DNA of 64,000 nt, from assembly GCF_001194135.2 (NCBI RefSeq), contig NC_068981.1:56334231-56398230 (forward strand). The letters run 5' to 3'. The translations under genes were made by a program, and so were the position numbers. The DNA is from Octopus bimaculoides (taxonomy: Eukaryota). Shown piece after piece: positions 53,995 through 64,000 of the stretch (positions are counted from its first letter, which is position 1; every line of letters starts with the position of its first letter). A model generated the notes under the pieces. It searched no databases. It was not told where the DNA came from and saw nothing but the letters and a program-made list of their open reading frames with translations.

Positions 53995-54365
53995 TTCTGT
54001 CTCACTTGAATCACACTGTATCGTCTTGACAAGTGGAAGAGACATTGGATATTATGGTTCAGAATGTATAAAAAGATAGGTTTGTCACTCTGTAAGACCC
54101 TTGACCTAGGTTTGCCTGATCAGAGGGCTGACCAGGAGCTAAACAGAACAACAACTTGAAAATAGGGAGTCATTACATGCTTACTCAACCTGCTAGAAAC
54201 ATAGTCAAACTCATTTGAACCACAATCTGTCGTCTAAAATAAGTAAGGGATATTTTAAAGTAGTCCTATAGACTATTGAATGTACAAGATGGTCCTAATT
54301 GCATTGCCTTTGAACATAGGTCAATTCGACAAACTGGACTTGCGGTTAAACAACAACAGCAACAA
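53995..54365 (+). repeat. Two decayed copies of a (CAA)n-tailed interspersed repeat; relatives at about 49230-49410, 50090-50225 (-) and 52560-52680
   Basis: Shared gatggtc..gcctttgatcatag..gctgacc..gctaaacaacaac end, highly diverged. Confidence 0.5.
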
Positions 54366-54917
54366 CAAAAAATCAACTGCAGCAACAGCAACAATAACAA
54401 CAACAAAAATAAAAACTTATGAAAAGCAGTTAATTTCAAATATAATTAATTTATATTAATTAGATTAGTATTGTTTTTCCCATTCACTATTTTTACTAAT
54501 ATTTAAACATGTTTCCCAAAAGAATCTTACTGTTTAGATTATCCCAGAAAAAAGAAAAAGATTAAGTTGAATGAATCAGCAACAAGACAGGGAAGAAAAT
54601 ATTATATGATGTAGGCATTAGGTTGAAGTTAATAACATGAGCATAAAAATATCGGGAGAAGACATTCCTACAACACGGGTGGCGGTTTAATTACTGATGT
54701 AACGTTATACAGTATTTAAGGTACGGAACGAATTTCATATAAATGAATAATAGATAAAACTGATATTTTGAATTTCATAAATCTGCAGGTGTCTTTAATC
54801 AATAAAAAAGCATTTTCCCTTTACTTTCAATTGATGAATTGATTTTAGCTACCAAGCCATCGATGGAAATATATACGTGCTCATCTTCATGCGCGCGCGC
54901 GCACACACACGCACGCA

Positions 54918-54991
<74 letters not shown>

Positions 54992-55144
54992 TGTTTGTTT
55001 TTATGTTCAGTTATAATAAGAGCAATTCCACATTAATCTGATGGGTTACTCTTCGCTTTTGTATAGAAGGTTTTTGAGGCCTGCTCAACGACGATGGCTT
55101 TGCTGTTCGAGACTTCGAAGTCACTATCAATAAGATACTTATTA

Positions 55145-55181
<37 letters not shown>

Positions 55182-55190
55182 CTATATATA

Positions 55191-55772
55191 TATATCACAT
55201 ACAAAAATAAGAGGAATGACCAGCAAAAGTGGACTCCTATATGCTAGAAATAGATGCCGAATCATCTAACCACAAAAAAATATGTTCTCAGTAAAAAATT
55301 AGCGACACAACAGACTGTAAAAGGCCAAGACAAATGAAAAAGTATTAAATAAAAAAAAAGATTAACCTACGTACCATGGTTTCACCTGTTAAAATTTGCA
55401 TAAGTAAATATCTGCAGGATCATCAGCGTAGTCTGTCGGTTTATAAATATAATTTCCAGAACTAGACACAAGACGTCCACCCGAAAGGGAGCACGTGTAG
55501 AGTTCTACAAATTACATTCAGTGTATCCTTTCAAATGTCTTCAACCTGGCGCGCTAAGTCCGGAAATAACTCTGCAGTTAATAAATTTTTGCAGTTAATT
55601 TACCGGTTTGATAACATCATTATTTAGAATTTATTAATAAGGGTAGAAATTGATATTAATCAATTAAAACCAGTGGTGTAGCATATTAAAAAAAATCCGA
55701 AGATTAAAATTATATCACATACAAAAATAAGAGGAATGACCAGCAAAAGTGGACTCCTATATGCTAGAAATA
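55191..55772 (-). mobile_element. Non-coding hammerhead-containing unit with 62-bp identical direct repeat at 520-bp spacing (Penelope pLTR or retrozyme-like)
   Basis: 55191-55252 is identical to 55711-55772; the second copy runs into an N gap. No ORF. Confidence 0.7.
55364..55434 (-). ncRNA. Minimal type I hammerhead ribozyme
   Basis: The minus strand reads agaCTACG-CTGATGA-t-CCTG-(26 nt)-CAGG-t-GAAAC-CATG-GTA^CGTAGgtt. It has an intact core, 5-bp stem I, 4-bp stem II, palindromic ACCATGGT stem III and a GUA cleavage triplet. Confidence 0.85.
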
Positions 55773-56395
55773 NNNNNNNNNNNNNNNNNNNNNNNNNNNN
55801 NNNNNNNNNNNNNNNNNNNNNNNNNNNNNNNNNNNNNNNNNNNNNNNNNNNNNNNNNNNNNNNNNNNNNNNNNNNNNNNNNNNNNNNNNNNNNNNNNNNN
55901 NNNNNNNNNNNNNNNNNNNNNNNNNNNNNNNNNNNNNNNNNNNNNNNNNNNNNNNNNNNNNNNNNNNNNNNNNNNNNNNNNNNNNNNNNNNNNNNNNNNN
56001 NNNNNNNNNNNNNNNNNNNNNNNNNNNNNNNNNNNNNNNNNNNNNNNNNNNNNNNNNNNNNNNNNNNNNNNNNNNNNNNNNNNNNNNNNNNNNNNNNNNN
56101 NNNNNNNNNNNNNNNNNNNNNNNNNNNNNNNNNNNNNNNNNNNNNNNNNNNNNNNNNNNNNNNNNNNNNNNNNNNNNNNNNNNNNNNNNNNNNNNNNNNN
56201 NNNNNNNNNNNNNNNNNNNNNNNNNNNNNNNNNNNNNNNNNNNNNNNNNNNNNNNNNNNNNNNNNNNNNNNNNNNNNNNNNNNNNNNNNNNNNNNNNNNN
56301 NNNNNNNNNNNNNNNNNNNNNNNNNNNNNNNNNNNNNNNNNNNNNNNNNNNNNNNNNNNNNNNNNNNNNNNNNNNNNNNNNNNNNNNNNNNNNNN

Positions 56396-56437
<42 letters not shown>

Positions 56438-56447
56438 GAGAGAGATC

Positions 56448-56885
56448 GATTCGCTGCAGTATCTGTCTGTGTTCGGACTGTCTGTGCACAGGGCCCACCC
56501 GGACGATCGCCTTCGCTGTGAACAGGAATCAATCTTCTCCCTTCATTCTTTTGCTCCTTACGGTCTCAAATCGCCACCTCTCTTCATCTAACACCAACTC
56601 CACACAGATTCCAACACACCTCCTACATTCAACTGTTCCTCATCTCCATTTCACAACGCCGAAGTCGGTACCCCCACTACACACACCACTATACTCATAC
56701 ACACAGTTCAAGTCAGTAATTACATCACACAACATTACGCACACACACATTCCCACTCCATACATACTAGCACCCAACACCTCTCAGTACCCACACCACA
56801 TACTATTATCCACACATCTACACACACTCTTCCATATCTTCACCACCACACCACTATAGGAACACCCCTACACACTGTGAATAAA
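56448..56885 (+). mobile_element. Penelope-like element 3' fragment: GIY-YIG endonuclease C-terminus and C/A-rich 3' region
   Basis: 56448-56591 encodes DSLQYLSVFGLSVHRAHPDDRLRCEQESIFSLHSFAPYGLKSPPLFI*, which fits the R..E..I..L....P.GLN ending of PLE GIY-YIG domains. Confidence 0.7.
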
Positions 56886-57301
56886 AAATAATAGAATCTC
56901 TTAAACAGGGATTATGTTTAGTGAACCTAAATAGGGCGAAATGGTATTTTTCTTTCAAAAAGTACCGTATTTCTCCAGAATAATTAGATTTCATGATCTC
57001 TTTTAATCCCGCATTGAAGTGTGGAAGGTGAATACTATAAATAATATATTATAAAAATATATGAGCATTGTTAGATATGCAACTATATGCATGAGAATAC
57101 ATACATAAAACAAAACATACAAATCTTCACACATGCATGCATACATACATACATACATACATACATACATACATACATACATACATACATACAAAAATAC
57201 CTTATTGTTGATGTTGAAATTGTAATGAAGGAGTTTTGGATCTAGGTTAGAAACCGGCTCTTTATTGACAAGAAATCTTGAAATAAAACTGAATAATGAC
57301 G

Positions 57302-57361
<60 letters not shown>

Positions 57362-57680
57362 NNNNNNNNNNNNNNNNNNNNNNNNNNNNNNNNNNNNNNN
57401 NNNNNNNNNNNNNNNNNNNNNNNNNNNNNNNNNNNNNNNNNNNNNNNNNNNNNNNNNNNNNNNNNNNNNNNNNNNNNNNNNNNNNNNNNNNNNNNNNNNN
57501 NNNNNNNNNNNNNNNNNNNNNNNNNNNNNNNNNNNNNNNNNNNNNNNNNNNNNNNNNNNNNNNNNNNNNNNNNNNNNNNNNNNNNNNNNNNNNNNNNNNN
57601 NNNNNNNNNNNNNNNNNNNNNNNNNNNNNNNNNNNNNNNNNNNNNNNNNNNNNNNNNNNNNNNNNNNNNNNNNNNNNNNN

Positions 57681-57728
<48 letters not shown>

Positions 57729-58143
57729 ACACAGACACGTGTGTGTTTGTGTGTATTAATATCTTGTTTCATTCGACGAAAGCCCTGTATTTTAGGAGGC
57801 GCCAAGTTGAATAATTTGGAGAGTTATTGCGTTTCCACTTCTCCGATCATTCGTCTGTGAAAAGAAAGTAAGTTTACATATCGTTCTATTGCAAAATACA
57901 AAGCCTTTGCTGAAAGCAAAGGAAAATAAAAAACAAAAAGATTCAAAATTACTTTCTTGTTACTTTGAGTTCTCACTTGTAATAGTCTTCCTGTTGAGAG
58001 GTTAAACATTTTAAATGAGGACCGCTACCAGCAGAGTTGTAAGTAAGGAAGGTGGATATTTATTTTCTCGTGAAATATTAATATGACTCTATAGTTTTGT
58101 ACATCATCTTCTTTCTTATGTAAGCCATAGACTACTACTACTG

Positions 58144-58189
<46 letters not shown>

Positions 58190-58734
58190 ATGTAATATAC
58201 GTGTGTTCATGCAAACACATATGTGTATGTGTGTGAATGCATATGTGTGTATCTGTTCGTACAAGGAAAATGTAAACCTGCATGTGTACATATATTTATA
58301 CACAGAGGGAGAGAAAAACACACATGCATGTAAAGACCATCTGCATACATGTATGCTTGTGCGTACTTTTGTGAATGTGTTTTGTGTAAGACGAGTAGTT
58401 TACAATGTTACCAAGCTAACATTTTAATTATAGAAACCCATGTAAAGCATGTACTTTGGTGTAACGAAATTTGTAAAGCAATCTTCTTTGGAACATAAGA
58501 GATTCCGATCAATCCCGATTTACCGCTGTGCTTAACTTTGATTTTTGTTTGATGTATTTTCCAGGCTTGAAATTACAAATGCTAATACGTGTTTATTTTT
58601 TACTTTAAAAAATATTCACATTTATGTCTGAAATTTGTCATTCCTTCGATATATTTAATAACTCCTGTAGCTGAGGAAGTTTCAGTGTTCATTGTGGCGA
58701 AAAGCTTTGTAATCTTCTTGTGTGTGTGTGTGTG

Positions 58735-58779
<45 letters not shown>

Positions 58780-59133
58780 GTGTGTGTGTGTGTGTGTGTA
58801 TGTATATATATATATATATGTGTGTTTATGTGTGTGTGTGTATTGTTGATGTCACAAGAATTTATAAACTTCGAAAGGACGTGAAATAATTCCTTTTTAA
58901 AACGGTAGATCCCGAAGCAGATACAGCTATAGATGATAGCGTGTCAATACTGGGCTAAAAAAAAAACCTTCGACCGGAAAAAAAAACCGACCGTTAAATT
59001 TGAAACTCGAACACCTCCTATAAACGTGGTGGCATGCGTTCAATTCAAGTGTTTTTTAAACCTAATATTTACACGCTATTTTTATAGCTTCATCTGCTTC
59101 GAGAGTTAGCATTCAATTATACACGCGCGCGCG

Positions 59134-59164
<31 letters not shown>

Positions 59165-60472
59165 GTTCTTATTGTAGTAGTGAACACAGATCAACACGCC
59201 CTTGTATGTTGATAACATCTATGAAGAAAATGTACTAAAGATACAACTAACCAGCAAAGAAACTTTCCTTCACTTTACACCGTACATGGGTTGTGAATTT
59301 TCATGTCATTACATATGTGAAACAATGGATCTTGAGTAAAATATGGTAACATTTAAATTTAGTCAAGTTACCTAGGAAGGTAATCTATGTTTTGTTTGGA
59401 CATAACATCATGAAACTTAGGTATAAGTACCAATCTTATAATTAGTATTTGTTGGTCTAAAGAGAAATAGTAATCAGAATTTACCAGAGTGTTATAGAGT
59501 TCTTTATATATAATTATATTTCATCTCATTATTTGGTCATATTATTTGCTCTAACTTCATTGATTTTAACATGTTTAGATGTGGGCTTTGCAAAAGTTAG
59601 ATGTCAAACCACAATGTGTTAAAAGAAATACTAAATGAACGCAGACATAGCAAAATGATGAAGAAATTAGCGTGGCAGCTAAGAGGTTTCCGTTGTGTTC
59701 CTGTTGATCTTTAAGTGTTGTTGTGGATCGAGCAAAGCCATATATGGTGGATACGAAACAAGTAGAGCTTGTCGGCACTATTCCTGTTCTAGCGTGATAG
59801 AGGTATATTTAATTCGTCCTTCGGATTAACACCAACCCTAAATCTACTCTGTTGTATGCATTTGGGTTAGTTTTGTGACCTGTGGATAGCTTCCTAACTT
59901 CCCTCTCTCACATGACACGGAGGTCTTGAAAAGGGCTATAAGTGCTGCGCTTCTTTGTGCAAGCTTTTAAATGCTCACACACACACATACACACTCACAC
60001 ACGTACACACAGACGCGCACATACACACACACGTATATACGTGTTTGTGTGTATGCTACTGGCAAAGCAGTACATCAACTATCCTGGAATTTACGAGGTG
60101 TGGCAGCTAATGGCTCGGAGAGTGGGGTAGTAAATGCAAATTGGAGGTGACTGTGTTGAAGAAGCGGGTGACGAGAAGGGCGATGAGGTGTACAGTAACT
60201 GTGCACAACGGACCTCAGGTTTTTACCGGTTTACATTTATGCTAAATGGACTTTGGAATCACCTTGCACATCAAATAAGTTTTCCTTCTGAATGAAAATA
60301 GTTTCAGGATGGCAATTAATAATCTAGGGTGTATTTCCCAACTACATACCATTAAGAATATACATACTGTTTAGTAGCAAGATTACATCAACGAGATCAG
60401 TTACCGGATGGTTTAATTTATCCTTCATTAAAAAATCATTATCAAAGTCCCCAATTTTATTAATCGCCGCCC

Positions 60473-60529
<57 letters not shown>

Positions 60530-60869
60530 TAAGTTTAAGAGGATGAATGACAACAAGGATTGTTCAGAGCGATGTAGAACCGGAAATATATTTATGTCCC
60601 TTTACTTAGTGTGTTGAAATACCGTTGTTATCGACTTCCAATTCTATATTTCGTTAATCAATACAAATTTACAGCATAGGCACAAGGTTACTAATATAGA
60701 GGCAAAGATAGACGATTATTTGAAACCTAGTGCTTGACTGCTACTTGTTTTAGTGGTAACCAGAAAATTAGGAGGCGAAGTCGATTACGAGAGGATTTCA
60801 AATTAGAAAGAAAAGGGACATAAATAAATACATTTCCTGGTTTATATCGCACTCTAGATAATATACATA

Positions 60870-62072
60870 TTAGGTCGTCAGGTATAAAATTTGTAGAAAA
60901 GAAAAAAGAAAGTTTGCTAATCTTATATAAATACAGCGAATAGTTTTATTCATCAAAGTATGCACCCATAGTGTCAATACATCTTTGCTATTTCAGCGGT
61001 AGCTTGTCCAACACGGAATTGTAAAAGTCTGGCAATCTAGAATCAATACAATCTTGGAAGGCCTGTTTTACAGCATCGTCGGAATTAATTTTTTTTCCAA
61101 TCTAAACTTTATCCAAATTCTGGAAGAAGTGGTAGTCAGTGGGAGCAAGATCAGGTGAGTATGGTGGATGATGGAGAACTTCCAACTCCAACTCCTGTAG
61201 CTTCGCCAATGTCATTTTTGCGATGTGTGGTCTGGCGTTGTCTTGCAATAAAATATGAGTGGATCTGTTGACTAATCTAGACTGTTTTTTTTTGTAAGCT
61301 TCTGCATCATTTGGTCCATTTAGCTGCAGTATAATGAATCACACCTGCGTCAGACCACCAAACACACACCATCAGATTCGTTTGATGAATTTTGCATTTT
61401 CAACTGTGTTTTGGTGTCTCTTCTTTATCCAACCATTGTGCTGAACCTTTTACATTGGATTCATTCTCATCACAAGTTACAATTCGATTAAAAAATTATT
61501 CATTTTTGTGACGAGAAAGCAGCATAATGCAAGCTTCCAAACGTTGCTGTTTCTGATTTTCATTGAGTTCATGTGGAACCAAATTATCCAACTTTTTCAC
61601 TTTACCGATTTGAATTAGGTGAGTCAATATTGTCTGCTTGCTAACACCAATCAACAACGACAATCCATGGGCCCTTTGAGAGGGATCTGGTTTTCAGTTC
61701 GTCATTATCCACCTTTGTTTCTGATCGACCGCGTTGCTCATTTGTGAGGTCAAGGTTACCAGGACGAAATTTTGCAAACCAATTTGATACTGTCTGCTGT
61801 GTAATAACATTAGAATGAAATACTGCATCAATATTCCGAGCTGTCTTTCCAAGAAAGAATTTATATTTCAAAACTGTACGAATTTCCGACTTACCCACCA
61901 AAAAACGATTTATAAATACATTATAAAGCGCAAAATGAGTTGGAATAAAAAAATAGATGTGTCAGCTTTCTAATAAAAAATAAAGATTGTCAAAATATAA
62001 TAATGGAGCAAAATGAGCAGCTGTCAAAGTTTACCATTTACCTTACTACAAGTTTCATACTTCACGACCTAA
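60870..62072 (-). mobile_element. TIR-bounded mariner (DD34D) with decayed transposase at 61901-60946
   Basis: 27-bp TIRs (23/27 identical, ttaggtcgt..ttgtag) with TA flanks. Peptides: WFAKFRPGN, RGRSETKVDNDELK, RIVTCDE, LQDNARPH, HPPYSPDLAPTDYH; 34 residues separate the second and third D. Confidence 0.95.
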
Positions 62073-62329
62073 TATTTATACAATACTGCTTTAGTTATCT
62101 CTGCTTCCTAAATTATTTTGTTTCCACATAACTTGTATAGCTTGGAACTCTTAATTTACCACACATTCAATTAAGTTGATGTCAACATTGCTAAAGTATA
62201 TTTATCTCAGATGAATTAGTATGATTCTCATCACATCCTTCAACACTTCTTTTATTTATAATGAAAAAGTATTAAATAAACAGGATGGTTTAATAGTTTG
62301 AATTTAAAGCCGGTTATTACTCCCACATT

Positions 62330-63720
62330 TGAGATGGTGTTGTTACTACAACAGCAGGCATCTTCGATCCTATCTGCTCCGAAGACTACCCAACTGATTG
62401 ACATGAAGTCGCTTCAATGACAAGTCCACAATTGTTCTGCCTTCTCACATTGGCTATTTCAGTGACTTCGGTTACTTGCGGCTAGTTGTCCTCGTGCCAG
62501 TCCTATTCAAACTTTTCCGATTCACTCGTATCGTTTCCATTCAGCGCGCGTACTGCAGATCCCCACTGCATGTCTTGTATCAACCAATCTATCGAATAGT
62601 CTTCCACTCTTGTACGTCTACTCTCAAGAATTTTCTCTCTGCCGATATTTTTGTTTGCAGCAAACAACATAGAGCTTTTCAAAAGGAACATCAACTGCAC
62701 CCCACCCCACACGCTCTCTCACCCTCTCTCTCCCTATCTTTCTTTCTCTCTCCTTCTCCCTTTCAGACCTACAACTTCTGTCATAAATTTCATTGGCAAT
62801 TTCCGATGCCAGAGAGGATTGTTTTTGTTTGCTGCTGCATGTGTAATCAAATCTATTTTGGTTTCGATATATTTCTGTTGTTCTATTTCGTAAGTGTAAG
62901 TAATACGTTGCTGTACTGTTTCGAATTTAATGATATTTGTTCCGGAAAATTTTGTTGATTTTGAATGGGCGGTAAACTTCAGTTGATTAAGAATCTCAGC
63001 AATTGTTTCAGACTCCCGTGAGACTTGACGTTTGATTTGAGTCCTGACAGGAAGGTTTTCTTCTGCAGCTTATTGATGAGAGGCGACAACATTGTTATAT
63101 GTCGCAATTGGGGAATTGATTTCACTTTCAGATTGCAATACCTCCAATATGTATTTGATGAAGATGATGCATTGACAAATTTCTTTGCTGTTAAGTGTAG
63201 ACCAAACGTAGATTACAGTGATGATATTGCTTCCTCAGCAAACTTTATCTCAGAAACCACCACTCTTCTATATGACTTCGAAAAAGTATTAGAAAATAGA
63301 TATGGGTCTTCATGTCAACAACTCAAACACTAAGTGCATCTGATACAGCCAGGAAAGTTAATAAGCACAATCAAACTAAACATTTTCTTATGCTTAGTAA
63401 CAACACATTATTCACAGGAAAATATGTAAAAATGTCTCGCGAAAACATGAGCTGTTTTGAAGTCCTCAGTAATGTTCTGTGGGTATCATCATTATCAGAT
63501 GATCTTAAGAAAAGCTTTTTTCCGTGTGAATTAGCAGTTCTGAATAATTTTTAAAATAGTTTTCTGATACTATTTGAGAGAAGTGCAAGCACTGCTGAAG
63601 TACTGAGCAAAGAATCGTTAGCAATACATTTCTATAGAAATCTTGGATACACTAATCGTCCATTCAGCAAAAACCTTCCTTATTCAGGTCTTTAAGGACT
63701 AGACATGTTGTCTTGCTGAT
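62330..63720. other. Unique coding-like segment with long interrupted reading frames, family unassigned
   Basis: Long frames on both strands; no motif recognised. Confidence 0.25.
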
Positions 63721-63794
63721 ATCTTGAACATTATGCAGGATCAAAATGAGCAGTAAGATTGATTCTGGTAAATCCGATCCAGCTCGACCATACA

Positions 63795-63884
<90 letters not shown>
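63795..63884. repeat. (CTAT)n microsatellite
   Basis: Direct inspection. Confidence 0.95.
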
Positions 63885-64000
63885 CTGAAAGTAAGTTGGC
63901 CTTTTATATGTCAAAAATTTTGCAGTTTTAAAATATTTTTTGTGGAAGAGGTGTATAAGTCTATACACTTCGACCCTATTGGGTTTTTGTAATAGGAAGT

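Noticed and set aside
57222-57262. GTAATGA..GAAACCGGCTC hammerhead-like remnant
   Set aside because: The core and stems are too degenerate.
62500-63520. YqaJ-like (NNPLW..MQWG) or viral RdRp-like (LSDD) motifs
   Set aside because: The spacing is wrong and the companion motifs are absent.

Overview
This is AT-rich, repeat-dense animal genomic DNA from a gapped short-read assembly, with many N-gaps abutting microsatellites. The SINE/LINE families resemble those I recall from octopus genomes; this is recognition from memory, not a database result. I recognise no host protein-coding gene and no rRNA, tRNA or CRISPR locus. Most long ORFs in the track are microsatellite or N-gap artefacts. The window is intergenic or intronic and holds decayed mobile elements: R4/Dong-like RLE LINEs associated with (TAA)n, two Tx1-like LINE copies, a CR1/L2-like 3' end, a TIR-bounded Tc1 element with 36-residue D-E spacing, a TIR-bounded DD34D mariner, other mariner/rosa-like fragments, many SINEs and a Penelope GIY-YIG fragment. 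The best finding is a minimal type I hammerhead ribozyme on the minus strand at 55364-55434. It has a palindromic stem III and sits in a non-coding unit with an exact 520-bp direct-repeat period that runs into an assembly gap, next to the Penelope fragment. This is a candidate Penelope pLTR or non-LTR retrozyme-like tandem array, and its cleavage triplet coincides with a putative splice donor.
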